DNA of 63,541 bases, the filler included. It is 8 parts of 8 records of this genome, joined end to end, with 100 filler letters (N's around TTAATTAATTAA, not from the genome) between each part and the next. Parts side by side here need not be neighbours in the genome. Positions count along the whole stretch, not along the records: positions 17,768 to 27,359 come from SRR31147125_15932; positions 27,460 to 33,118 come from SRR31147125_15936; 6 more parts are not named here. One strand, written 5' to 3'. A program made the position numbers and the translations under genes. Each line of letters begins with the position of its first letter. The stretch's first letter is position 1. Positions 19,249 to 28,993 of the stretch are shown here, piece after piece. The notes beneath the pieces were generated by a model that saw only the letters and a list, made by a program, of their open reading frames with translations, searched no databases and was not told the origin of the DNA.

Positions 19249-20529
19249 ATGAAAAAAGGGTTGCTATTTTTAGTAATGGTATTATTGATGTCATTTGTTG
19301 TAATGGCAAATGCAACAGAAGAGAGTAGTGCGACTGATGAACCAATAGAATTATCTTATTGGGGATGGGGTCCACATGTTGTAGGAGTAAATGAAACAAT
19401 TTCTCCTGCTTTTCAGGAAGAGTATCCAAATGTTACAGTCAAAGCAGAAGCACTTGGACCTTGGGATTTGATGGATAAGTTCTATGTCTCTATGGTAAGC
19501 GGTAAAGGTGCTCCTGATTCAGCTCAGTTAGTGCGAAGAGTTAGCGAGAAGTATCTCATATCAGAATTATTGTATGATTTCACTGATTTTATGAATGAAT
19601 ACGATGGTCAATTCAGCGAGGCTTTAAATAGAGATGTATTGTCTATAGATAATAAATATTTGGGAATTCCCCTTGATTATGGACCATCGGCACTATTTTA
19701 CAACAAACCTTTAGCTGAAAAGTTAGGTATTGATGTATCAAAAATTGTAACATGGGATGATTTTTACGAACTGGCTGTTAAAGTATCAAAAGAAAACCCG
19801 GACTTATATATTATGACTCAATATTATCCAGCTGGAACATGGGGTTCAAATTATTTCAGGATGTTCATGCAATCAGCCGGAGCAAATATTTATGATGCAG
19901 AAGGAAAGGTCATTAGAAATAATGAAAAGATGATTGAAGTTTTGGAGTTTCTCTATAAATTACATAGTGATGTCAAAACCTTGAAAATACCTGTTAATGA
20001 TCCATTAATGTGGGAAGAATCCAAAAAAGAAAATATTTTATTTTATCCCAGAAATTCATACTTTTCCGGTGAAATGGCACAACAGGTTCCTGAAATGGAG
20101 GGAGATATCCATACTATTCCATGGCCGCTCTGGTCGGAAGATGATAATCCTCAATATACAGGTAACTGGGGTGGAGTTGCATTAGTCGTTCCGACGAAAG
20201 GACCGAATGCAGATGTAGCTGCTGAATTCTGTAAATTCTTTGCAACTAATGTTGAAGCACTGACACAACATTGGTATACAACAACAGGTGTTCCCTCATA
20301 TAAACCTGCAAGGGAAAATATCATAACTGATAATAGTGGTGAAACATTTGCTAAGGGGCTCATTGAGGCAATTAATGTAAGAGAAGTAGGTCCATGGTAC
20401 TATACAGAATGGGCTCAAACAGAAAAAATATTAGGCGATGGCCTTGATAGTATGTTTGGTGGAACTCGAACTCCGGAAGAAGCATGGAGATGGACAGAAG
20501 AACAGTTAATAAAAATATTGGGACGTTAG
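19249..20529 (+). CDS. Carbohydrate ABC transporter substrate-binding protein (SBP family 1)
   Basis: Signal peptide, F-x3-YPNVTV, GAPD, GIPLD-x5-LFYNK and WGG-x-AL; AGGAGG RBS. Confidence 0.9.
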   Translation: MKKGLLFLVMVLLMSFVVMANATEESSATDEPIELSYWGWGPHVVGVNETISPAFQEEYPNVTVKAEALGPWDLMDKFYVSMVSGKGAPDSAQLVRRVSEKYLISELLYDFTDFMNEYDGQFSEALNRDVLSIDNKYLGIPLDYGPSALFYNKPLAEKLGIDVSKIVTWDDFYELAVKVSKENPDLYIMTQYYPAGTWGSNYFRMFMQSAGANIYDAEGKVIRNNEKMIEVLEFLYKLHSDVKTLKIPVNDPLMWEESKKENILFYPRNSYFSGEMAQQVPEMEGDIHTIPWPLWSEDDNPQYTGNWGGVALVVPTKGPNADVAAEFCKFFATNVEALTQHWYTTTGVPSYKPARENIITDNSGETFAKGLIEAINVREVGPWYYTEWAQTEKILGDGLDSMFGGTRTPEEAWRWTEEQLIKILGR

Positions 20530-20548
20530 TAACTTAATCACGATTAAA

Positions 20549-20593
20549 ACCCACTCCATTTGAATTTAGTGAAATGGGGTGGGTTATTTTTTT
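20549..20593 (+). terminator. Hairpin after the SBP gene (terminator or mRNA stabiliser)
   Basis: AACCCACTCCATTT / AAATGGGGTGGGTT followed by a T-tract. Confidence 0.7.
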
Positions 20594-20611
20594 ACTTACC
20601 AGGAGATTTTT

Positions 20612-21480
20612 ATGGTTTTTGATAAGAAAAAAGTCCATACCTTTTTCTTATTCCATTTATTGTTATGTTTTGTGTATTTTGGCTTTGGCCGATAATACAA
20701 TCATTTTATTGGAGTTTGTTAGACTGGGATGGATTGCGGTCACCAACATTTATTGGCTTTAAAAACTATATTAAGCTCTTTATGGAAGAAGATTACTTAA
20801 TAGCCTTGAAAAATACTCTATTAGCAGCAATAGTCTATATCGCTTTGATGGTTGTTTTTGCCCTATTCTTGGGATTTATGCTTAATTCTAAATTTTTAAT
20901 AGGCAGGACTCCCTTTCGAACCATAATTTTTCTGCCTGTAACAGTTTCTCTTCCAGTAATTGCGCTTGTTTTCTTTATAATTTATGCAAAAAATAATGGA
21001 GTTCTCAATAATATCATTTACTCACTTGGGTTCGGTAAATCGATTGACTGGTTAGGAGATCCAAGGATAAATCTATGGTCAATTGTTCTATTAAGAATTT
21101 GGCGAGCTAGTGGTTTCTATGCCGTATTCGTGCTTGCCGGGCTCCAGGCAATACCTGATGAAGTTATTGAAGCAAGTTATATAGATGGAGCAAATGGATG
21201 GCAAATCATACGGAGAATCATGCTGCCGTTATTAAGACCCGTAATTGTTTATATCGTGATTGCTTCATCAATATGGGCTTTTCAGCTCTTTGAAGAACCT
21301 TGGATACTTACTAAAGGTGGACCCATTAATTCTACGGCAACGATAGCAATGCATGTTTACAGGAATGGATTCCAGTTTTTCCAATTAGGATATGCTTCTG
21401 CCAGTGCGTATGTGCTTGCTTTTTTAATTATTCTATTTGCATTGATTCAGCTTTTTGTTAACCGGGAAAAGAAGATATGA
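20612..21480 (+). CDS. Carbohydrate ABC permease 1; likely true start 20612 with an A-run frameshift at ~20630
   Basis: AGGAGA RBS before ATG 20612; PYLFLIP lies in frame upstream of 20665; EAA loop EASYIDGA; TKGGP. Confidence 0.9.
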
Positions 21481-22313
21481 TTAAAAACAGTACCTCACGA
21501 AAAATGAAAAAGATATTTTCTTTTCTCATAATTGGCTGCATTGCCTTGGCTATGTTTTTTCCACTTTATTGGATGCTTGTTTCATCATTCAGGACTAATA
21601 ATCAGATTTACAGTACCACATTAAATCTATTTCCTAGAAATTTAATAATTAAGAATTATGTTGACCTGCTTACTACTACAAAGTTCCTTAAATGGTTTAT
21701 GAATTCGGTATTAATAACTATATCGACAACAGTCCTGGGGTTGGTTCTCTGTACAATTGCCGGATTTTCACTTGCTCGATACAGGTTTAAATTCAGGAAT
21801 GTAATAATACTTATTGTTTTTATTATGATATCGATACCACGATTTACCACTATAATTCCAATATTTAAGATCATGTCTGATTTCGGGTTAACAGATACCT
21901 ATTTTGCATTAATACTTCCCTTTGCAGTCAATCCATTAGCTCTTTTCCTGATGAAGCAATATATGGAAAGTATTCCAGAAGATCTATTGGATTCAGCTAG
22001 AATTGATGGATTAAATGAATTACAAATCGTACTCAAAATAGTCATGCCGATAATTAAGCCGGCGATTGGAGCTGCCGGTATTAATATAGTCATGATGACA
22101 TGGAATGATTATCTATTTCCATTGGTTATGATGAATTCTGAAGCTAAGCTTGTTTTGACAGTAGGATTGGCCTCCCTGAAAACTTTATATGTAATTGAAT
22201 ATGGAATGATTATGGCGGGTTCAGTTCTGTCGGTACTTCCCTTAATAATAGGATTTTTAATATTTCAAAAACAGTTTGTTGCTGGTCTTACAGCAGGATC
22301 TGTAAAAGGTTGA
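21477..22313 (+). CDS. Carbohydrate ABC permease 2
   Basis: PLYWML, IPEDLLDSARIDG, WNDYLFP and QKQFVAGLTAGSVKG. Confidence 0.92.
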   Translation: MIKNSTSRKMKKIFSFLIIGCIALAMFFPLYWMLVSSFRTNNQIYSTTLNLFPRNLIIKNYVDLLTTTKFLKWFMNSVLITISTTVLGLVLCTIAGFSLARYRFKFRNVIILIVFIMISIPRFTTIIPIFKIMSDFGLTDTYFALILPFAVNPLALFLMKQYMESIPEDLLDSARIDGLNELQIVLKIVMPIIKPAIGAAGINIVMMTWNDYLFPLVMMNSEAKLVLTVGLASLKTLYVIEYGMIMAGSVLSVLPLIIGFLIFQKQFVAGLTAGSVKG

Positions 22314-22330
22314 CTCCTTATAGGATGTAA

Positions 22331-24568
22331 ATGATGACTAAATATGATGTTGTAGTGATTGGTGGAGGTCTTGCCGGATTCTGTGCAGCAATGTCGGCGG
22401 CCAGACTTGGTTCCAAAACAGCACTAATACAGGACAGACCTGTATTAGGCGGAAACTGTTCAAGTGAAATTCGTGTACCAATTGGAGGGGCCTGTGACTT
22501 TAATCCCTGGGCTCGTGAAACAGGAATCCTTGAAGAATGTTTTTTAGAGGAACGAAGACAGACTGCAAGAAATATCTGGATAGGAGAGGTGACATCAATC
22601 TGGGATATGGTACTTTATCAGGGTTGCTATGAAAATGATTTATTGGATCTGTTTCTGAATACAATAGTTGTGAGCGTTGAAAAAGAGAAGAATCTTATAT
22701 CTGCAGTCAATTGTATATGCTTGGACATAGAAACTGATATCACAGTTTTTGGACAGGTTTTTCTGGATGCTACAGGAGATGGCGTTGTAGCCTTCAAGGC
22801 AGGTGCTGAAACCCGATTTGGCAGAGAGGGTAAAGATGAATTTAATGAAGAGCTAGCACCTGATATTCCGGATGAATTTGTAATGGGATCAACCCTTTCC
22901 TTTCATGCAGAAGATGCAGGAAAAGCTGTTCCTTTCACACCACCATCCTGGGCCCCAGTTTTCAAGACCAATAAAGATTTACTGCATCGTACGCATGCTG
23001 ATATTAAGTCAGGGTACTGGTGGATTGAAGTAGGGAACCCACCTTACCATACAATTTTTGAAAATGATAAAATACGTGACGAACTGTATAAACAGTTATG
23101 GAGTGTCTGGGACCATATAAAAAACCAGGATGATCATGGAGCTGAGAATCTGGCTTTGGATTTTATTGGTGCCATTCCCGGGAAGCGTGAATCCCGACGA
23201 ATAGTTGGTCCATACATGATGCGGGAAGAGGATGTTCGAACTGATAAACAATTCTTTGATTCTGTTGCATACGGAGGCTGGTTTTGTGATCTGCATACAA
23301 TGGGCGGTATTCTCAATACAGAAGAACCTCCCGAGGCATCATTTGATGGAAATCTTGAAGCTGAAGATTCAAGGCAGATGTACATATATTCTATACCTCT
23401 TCGCAGTCTGTACTCGAAGGATATTGATAATTTGTTTATGGCGGGAAGAGATATAAGCGTAAGCCATGTAGCTTTGGGAACTACCAGGTTAATGGCTACA
23501 TGTGCAGTTATAGGACAGGGAGCCGGTACTGCTGCCGCCCATTGTGCTGAACAAAGAAAAATACCAAAAAAATTAAATAAAAATGATATCAAAAAAATTC
23601 AGCAGCAGCTGATTAAGGATGATTGTTATCTCCCGGGAATTACTAATCAGGATGAAAAGGATATTGCCAGAAGTGCAATTGTTTCTGCATCATCAGAAGC
23701 TCCTCTTATTTTTCCTGATTCATTTGAGCGGGGGTTTGAATATGATTACCCAAGGCAAAAAACACATAGTCTAAGTAATTTGGAAGTGCCTAGATTACAG
23801 CAGTTTCCCTGTACAACAGATTTTATTGAGAAAGTATCTGTTTATATCGAATCTGAGAAAAAATGTCCTTCAAAAATAACAGTATCCCTTATTGAGGCCC
23901 AAAGTATTCATGATTTTAATTTATCAAATTGTCTCAATACTATCGAAGTTCCAATAAAACCAGAAAGCTCGGGTTGGGTTGATGTAGAATTCTCCTGTCC
24001 GGTGAAAAAACATTCCTTTCTTTGGATAATGATAGTTTCAGAGAAGGGAATATTTTGGTTATATTCACATAAACCACCAACTGGGACTGTGAGTGCCGAT
24101 ATTATGATTAATAGTCATCGACCTCAAAAAGGAGCCTATGCATTAAAAATATATCCGCAAATGTTCCCTTATACAGCTAGTAATTTGCTTTCTGGTCTTG
24201 CAAGGCCGGAAACATGGACAAATATCTGGATCTCAGACCCAAAAGAAACATTACCTGCCTGGGTGGAGTATTCTTTTCAACAGAAAGTACAATTGAATAC
24301 AATTTATTTGACTTTTGATACCAACCTAACATTAGCACATGTAGCAACCCCCGGATTGTATACAGCTGAGGAATGTGTGAAGGATTATAAAGTTTATGCA
24401 TATGATAATGATGGATGGGTCGAGATTGTTTCTGTAGAAGGCAATTATAAAAGACGGAGAAAACATCAGTTTGAAACGATTTCTACAGAAAAAATAAAAT
24501 TGGAAATTTTGTCAACCAATGGTGATTTATCAGCTCGATTGTATGAACTAAGAGCCTATTTTGAGTAA
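22331..24568 (+). CDS. FAD-dependent oxidoreductase (FAD_oxidored-type) with a C-terminal galactose-binding/discoidin-like domain
   Basis: GGGLAG, DRPVLGGNCSSE, DATGDG, GKRESRR, AGRDIS-x-SH-x-A-x3-R-x-M; beta-sandwich tail ending ARLYELRAY. Confidence 0.85.
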   Translation: MMTKYDVVVIGGGLAGFCAAMSAARLGSKTALIQDRPVLGGNCSSEIRVPIGGACDFNPWARETGILEECFLEERRQTARNIWIGEVTSIWDMVLYQGCYENDLLDLFLNTIVVSVEKEKNLISAVNCICLDIETDITVFGQVFLDATGDGVVAFKAGAETRFGREGKDEFNEELAPDIPDEFVMGSTLSFHAEDAGKAVPFTPPSWAPVFKTNKDLLHRTHADIKSGYWWIEVGNPPYHTIFENDKIRDELYKQLWSVWDHIKNQDDHGAENLALDFIGAIPGKRESRRIVGPYMMREEDVRTDKQFFDSVAYGGWFCDLHTMGGILNTEEPPEASFDGNLEAEDSRQMYIYSIPLRSLYSKDIDNLFMAGRDISVSHVALGTTRLMATCAVIGQGAGTAAAHCAEQRKIPKKLNKNDIKKIQQQLIKDDCYLPGITNQDEKDIARSAIVSASSEAPLIFPDSFERGFEYDYPRQKTHSLSNLEVPRLQQFPCTTDFIEKVSVYIESEKKCPSKITVSLIEAQSIHDFNLSNCLNTIEVPIKPESSGWVDVEFSCPVKKHSFLWIMIVSEKGIFWLYSHKPPTGTVSADIMINSHRPQKGAYALKIYPQMFPYTASNLLSGLARPETWTNIWISDPKETLPAWVEYSFQQKVQLNTIYLTFDTNLTLAHVATPGLYTAEECVKDYKVYAYDNDGWVEIVSVEGNYKRRRKHQFETISTEKIKLEILSTNGDLSARLYELRAYFE

Positions 24569-25976
24569 AAAAATGAATAGAAAAAACAAAGAAAAATTTG
24601 GAAAAGTAATAATTCCAGCAAGTGAAATAGATGTTATTGCTGAATGTGATGTAGTAGTAGTTGGAGGTGGTCCCGCAGGAATTATGGCTGCTGTCTCAGC
24701 TGCCCGTATGGGATGCTCAGTCATTCTTATTGAGAAAAATGGATATCTGGGTGGTGCCATGACGATGCATTTACCAATCCAGGGGTTGGTAGATATGGAC
24801 GGACAGCTAATAATCAAAGGATTAGCGTCTGAGTTTATCGAATTACTCCGTCAGAAGGGAGGAGCTTATCATAAACTTACTCTAAGTCCTCAAACGAATG
24901 ACACTCTTATTATAGATCCTGAAATAGTGAAAATTGTTTGTCAGGAAATGGTGCTCGAAGCTGGAGTAGAGCTGCATTATCATACTATCTTGTCAGATGT
25001 TTTGATTGAAGAAAACAAAATTCGTATGGTAGTTGTTCAAAATAAATCCGGCAGACAGGCTATAAAAGGACGCTTCTTTATTGATGGTTCAGGGGATGCC
25101 GACATAGCTGAATTAGCAAAACTGCCATTTGTGGTCGGTAGAAAAAAGGATGGGCTGCCTCAATCCGCAACTCTAACATTTAGGGTCGATGGAGTGGATG
25201 AAGATGCAATGAGGCGGGCAATCCTTGCAAATCCCAGTTTATATGATTTATATGAACCAGCATATTCAGCTCTGCGGGATGATCGGAAATATTGTCTGGT
25301 CGGATGTACGAAGCTGATAGATTATGCTCGCAAAGATGGATTTTATATTCCTTTTGGGAAGGTAGTAACTTGTTCTTTGATGTCGGATGGTTCAGTGCTG
25401 ATCAATATGGTGCATATTGAAAATGTGCTCTGCCATAATGCATCGGATTTATCATTTGCAGAAATTGAATCACGAAAACAGATTCCTATTATGTTGGATT
25501 TCCTACAGCGTTATATGCCTGGTTTTGAACAGGCTGTGCTGACAACAAGTTCACATGAGGTGGGAGTTCGGGAAACACGAAGAATTGTTGGAGAATATAC
25601 ATTAGAGTTAGAAGATATTCGTAAAGGTGTTATACCTTCTGATACAATCGCCTTGGGAGGATACCCTGTAGATATACACAGTCCTGACGGTACCACTGTA
25701 GAACTGGAGCATGTGCCGGTTTATGGAATTCCATTCAGGTGTTTGGTTCCTAAATATATGGACAACCTTTTGATGGCTGGAAGATCTTTGTCAGCAACAC
25801 ACGAAGCTTTAGCAAGTGCTCGTGTTATGGCCCCTTGTATGGCAATGGGGCAGGCTACGGGAGTAGCAGCGGCTCTCTCTTTGCAAAGTGAAGTGATTAA
25901 TCGCAAAATTGACATTTCTGAGTTGAAGAAAGAGTTAATAAGGCAGGGAGCGATGCTGGAAGTGAAAGCTCATTAG
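24561..25976 (+). CDS. FAD-dependent oxidoreductase (FAD_oxidored-type)
   Basis: GGGPAG, LGG-x-x-T, DGSGDAD, GVRETRRI, DIHSP and AGRSLSATHEA-x3-R-x-M. Confidence 0.88.
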   Translation: MSKKMNRKNKEKFGKVIIPASEIDVIAECDVVVVGGGPAGIMAAVSAARMGCSVILIEKNGYLGGAMTMHLPIQGLVDMDGQLIIKGLASEFIELLRQKGGAYHKLTLSPQTNDTLIIDPEIVKIVCQEMVLEAGVELHYHTILSDVLIEENKIRMVVVQNKSGRQAIKGRFFIDGSGDADIAELAKLPFVVGRKKDGLPQSATLTFRVDGVDEDAMRRAILANPSLYDLYEPAYSALRDDRKYCLVGCTKLIDYARKDGFYIPFGKVVTCSLMSDGSVLINMVHIENVLCHNASDLSFAEIESRKQIPIMLDFLQRYMPGFEQAVLTTSSHEVGVRETRRIVGEYTLELEDIRKGVIPSDTIALGGYPVDIHSPDGTTVELEHVPVYGIPFRCLVPKYMDNLLMAGRSLSATHEALASARVMAPCMAMGQATGVAAALSLQSEVINRKIDISELKKELIRQGAMLEVKAH

Positions 25977-25992
25977 TTCGAAAACATGGGTT

Positions 25993-26829
25993 TTGGGAGA
26001 AGTGTATGAAAAGGGAGATAAAGTAACAATAGAACCACAGCGGTCATGTGGAACATGTTTTTCATGTAAAAAAGGCCAATATAATATATGTGATAATTTG
26101 AAGGTTATAGGATTTCAAACACTTGGCTGTGCGTCGGAGTACTTTATAGCACCGGCAGAGAAGCTGGTGAAATTGGATAAGGGGATGAAGCATGCTCATG
26201 GAGCGTTAATCGAACCATTGGCAGTAGCAGTACGAGCAGTTAAACGTGCGTATGCAGGTACGGGAGAAACAGTAGCAGATAAACGGGTGCTGGTAATAGG
26301 AGCAGGACCGATAGGGAATTTGGTAGCACAAGCTGCAAAAGGGCTGGGAGCAGAGAAGGTAATTATGTCTGATATTAATAACTTTCGGCTTGAAAAAGCA
26401 TCGGTATGCGGAATAGATATCACAGTGAATCCATTGGAACAGAGCCTGGAAGAAGTAGTACATAAAGAATTTGGTGCGGAAAGAAAAGCGGATGTGATAT
26501 TCGAGTGCGCGGGAGTTGACCAAGCCATTCAAACAGCAATAGGGCTTGCACGTAAAGGAAGTACGATAGTTGAAGTAGCGGTTTTTGGAACCCAACCAAA
26601 AATTGATATGGCCCTAATCAACGAAAACGAACTGAAACTGATGGGAACAGCCCGGTATGTGATTGAGGATTTTGAAACAGCGAAAAAACTTATTGCTGGC
26701 GGGAAAGTACGGCTGGATCCAATTGTGACAGAAATCTATTCATTTGAGCAGTACGATGCCGCGTATAAACAAATCCTTGAAAATACTGAAGAAACCATGA
26801 AAGTATGTATTGAAGTTTGTGCTGAATAA
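25993..26829 (+). pseudogene. Zn-dependent (sorbitol/threonine-dehydrogenase-like) MDR lacking its N-terminus
   Basis: Has GDKV, the structural-Zn CGTCFSC..C motif, EPLAVA and GAGPIG. No catalytic Cys/GHE segment; in-frame TGA at 25963-25965. Confidence 0.65.
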
Positions 26830-26856
26830 TACTACTAGTATTATTATCAATAACAT

Positions 26857-27359
26857 ATGATGAAAACAATCGTTCTTAACAATACAGAATACAAATTTGA
26901 ACGCTATCCGATAAATAGCGACCGTTCCCTGCAGGCCTGGGATGCCGCGGATGAGTACGTATATGAATACGTCTATGAGTATATCCAAAGTCGCGAAGTA
27001 GAATCGATCTTGATTTTCAACGACTCATTCGGTTTCCTATCAATAACGTTGCAGCATGTACATCCAATTACCGTTAGCGACTCAAGCTGTGCTCATGCTG
27101 CTGTCAGGAAGAATGCTGAAATCAATTCAATCTCATTACCCGAAGTTTATTTTCCCGGTGAAGAAAAAGGAACATATGATGTAATCCTCATAAAAGCGGT
27201 TAAAAGCCTGGAAATGCTGGCATATGAAGTGTTAAAAACAACGCAGCTGCTAAAACCGGGAGGGGAAGTAATACTTGCCGGAATGACAAAGCATATCCAT
27301 ACGTCGACTATCAAGCTTTTTGAGAAGTATTTCTGTAAAGTTTCAACATCTCTGGCAAA
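26857..27359 (+). CDS. rlmG: 23S rRNA m2G1835 methyltransferase-like (3'-truncated)
   Basis: RYP-x5-LQAWDAADEY, NDSFG-x-L, SDS, K-x-IHTST-x-x-LFEK and TSLA. Confidence 0.8.
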
Positions 27360-27459
27360 NNNNNNNNNNNNNNNNNNNNNNNNNNNNNNNNNNNNNNNNN
27401 NNNTTAATTAATTAANNNNNNNNNNNNNNNNNNNNNNNNNNNNNNNNNNNNNNNNNNNN
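27360..27459. other. Artificial contig-joining spacer
   Basis: N-run with TTAATTAATTAA. Confidence 0.97.
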
Positions 27460-27490
27460 TACCGTGGGTTCGAATCCCACCCCCTCCGCA
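27460..27490 (+). tRNA. 3' fragment of a tRNA, probably tRNA-Ser
   Basis: T-arm GTGGG-TTCGAAT-CCCAC followed by acceptor strand CCCCTCCG, typical of Ser tRNAs. The anticodon is lost at the contig edge. Confidence 0.7.
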
Positions 27491-27536
27491 TAAAAGAAAG
27501 GGTGACCATGTGGTCACCCTTTTCTTTTATGCGGAG
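27484..27536. terminator. Long hairpin (bidirectional terminator) between the tRNA and the convergent GNAT gene
   Basis: CTCCGCATAAAAGAAAGGGTGACCA / TGGTCACCCTTTTCTTTTATGCGGAG, 25 bp with one bulge. Confidence 0.75.
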
Positions 27537-27567
27537 AAATATAAGTTCAAACGAACAAATCACATTT

Positions 27568-28188
27568 TTATTTTGATTGTTGTTCTCTTCGCTCTTGCAA
27601 ATTCTCCTTAACTTTTGGCCACTGATATTCAAACAAGGCGTAAATTGCATCATCTAAAAATTGGCCATTTTCATAGAATGACTCTTTTTTAATACCCTCA
27701 AGCGAAACACCTATACTGTCAAAAAATTTCTTCATTCGTATATTTGTAACAAAAGTGCCAAACTCAACTCTATGCAAATCTAATTTTTCAAAAGCATACT
27801 CAAGACACAATAAATGACATTCTGACGCTACACCCTTACCCCAATATGGATGGTGTAAGATCATTCCGTATACAGCATTTTTATGAAACATATCAACGGT
27901 AGTAAAACCACAATTACCAAGAACTTCGTCTGTTTTTAAATCGTGAATAATAAAATCAATGACCTGCTGATCCGCCTGTCCTTTGCGACGCTTTTCATAT
28001 CGATCTTTCATCTGCTCATAAGTCCATCCACCTTCTTCTATATATGCCATATACTGCAATTGTTGCATTGTAGTTGGGTCACTAAATATTCCTTGCAACG
28101 CAGAGTAATCAACTTCACTAGAGGGTCTTAAAACTACAAGTTCGCCTTCTAGCGTTAAATCCATTGGTATAGCATGATCTTCAGGCAT
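27568..28188 (-). CDS. GNAT N-acetyltransferase, RimJ/RimL family
   Basis: LEGELVVLRP, YWGKGVA, AFEKLDLHRV, N-x-R-x-x-K and EG-x-x-KE. Confidence 0.9.
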   Translation of the reverse strand: MPEDHAIPMDLTLEGELVVLRPSSEVDYSALQGIFSDPTTMQQLQYMAYIEEGGWTYEQMKDRYEKRRKGQADQQVIDFIIHDLKTDEVLGNCGFTTVDMFHKNAVYGMILHHPYWGKGVASECHLLCLEYAFEKLDLHRVEFGTFVTNIRMKKFFDSIGVSLEGIKKESFYENGQFLDDAIYALFEYQWPKVKENLQERREQQSK

Positions 28189-28202
28189 ATTTATCTCCTT
28201 AC

Positions 28203-28592
28203 TTATTCATCAAGCAAATAAGACCCATCTGAATCGTGTTTTTCCTGGCCGGTTACTGGAGGGTTAAAAACGCAGACGAAGGTCATATCTGTTTTTGATA
28301 TTAGTGAGTGTTTGTCGTTGTTGCTTAGGGCATAAACGGTTCCAGGTTTAATAGTGTGTTCTTTGCCGCTTTCTGTCTCTACCAGAACTCCTTCACCTTC
28401 AACACAATAGACAGATTCGAGATGATTTTTATACCACATATCTATTTGCGTTCCGGCAAACGTGGTTGTTATATGAAGCGAATAACCCATCCCATCTTTT
28501 TTTAGAATGAGTCTGCGGCTAACCCAACTTTTATCATCAGCCGAAACATCTCGATCACTACCAATAATTTCATCCAAAGAACGAACAATCAT
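28203..28592 (-). CDS. ectC: Ectoine synthase (solitary)
   Basis: MIVRSL, WVSRRLILKKDGMGYSLHIT, WYKNHLESVYC, Y-x-L-x3-DKH and CVFNPPVTG-x-E-x-HD-x-DG-x-Y. GGAGGT SD before ATG 28592. Confidence 0.93.
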   Translation of the reverse strand: MIVRSLDEIIGSDRDVSADDKSWVSRRLILKKDGMGYSLHITTTFAGTQIDMWYKNHLESVYCVEGEGVLVETESGKEHTIKPGTVYALSNNDKHSLISKTDMTFVCVFNPPVTGQEKHDSDGSYLLDE

Positions 28593-28604
28593 ACCTACCT
28601 CCAT

Positions 28605-28967
28605 CTACTTAACGATAACTTCAAGCCTAGGTTCTATTTTTTCACATTCTTCAGCAATTAAACGCCTATGGCATTTTTTTGGAGATTCTTCTACGCACAT
28701 TATTGTCACTGTTCTTTTTAAAGCCATCTCAATTAGTAATTTCAAAAAATCATGCTTATCCTGCAAAACTTCCTTTTCAAAACGTTCACAATAACCACTC
28801 CAATCTATTTTCTTACCAAAATAGTCATCCAGCAATTCTTTGGATGGAGCAATAATCGGCATCCAGATATCATAGTCGTCTTGCTCTCTGGGACCTCGCA
28901 TAACACAAACACGAACCCCGTCGCCTGTCTCCTTAGGCATTTCAATAGATTTTGTTAAAAGCGGCAT
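28605..28967 (-). CDS. DUF488 (YeaO-like) protein
   Basis: DG-x-R-x3-R, W-x4-APS-x-ELL and C-x-E-x5-CHR. Confidence 0.85.
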   Translation of the reverse strand: MPLLTKSIEMPKETGDGVRVCVMRGPREQDDYDIWMPIIAPSKELLDDYFGKKIDWSGYCERFEKEVLQDKHDFLKLLIEMALKRTVTIMCVEESPKKCHRRLIAEECEKIEPRLEVIVK

Positions 28968-28993
28968 ATCTATCCCTCAGATTAGATTCAATT

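Noticed and set aside
27408-27653. 81-aa ORF ending in RRGWDSNPR
   Set aside because: This is the antisense translation of the tRNA T-arm running into the spacer.
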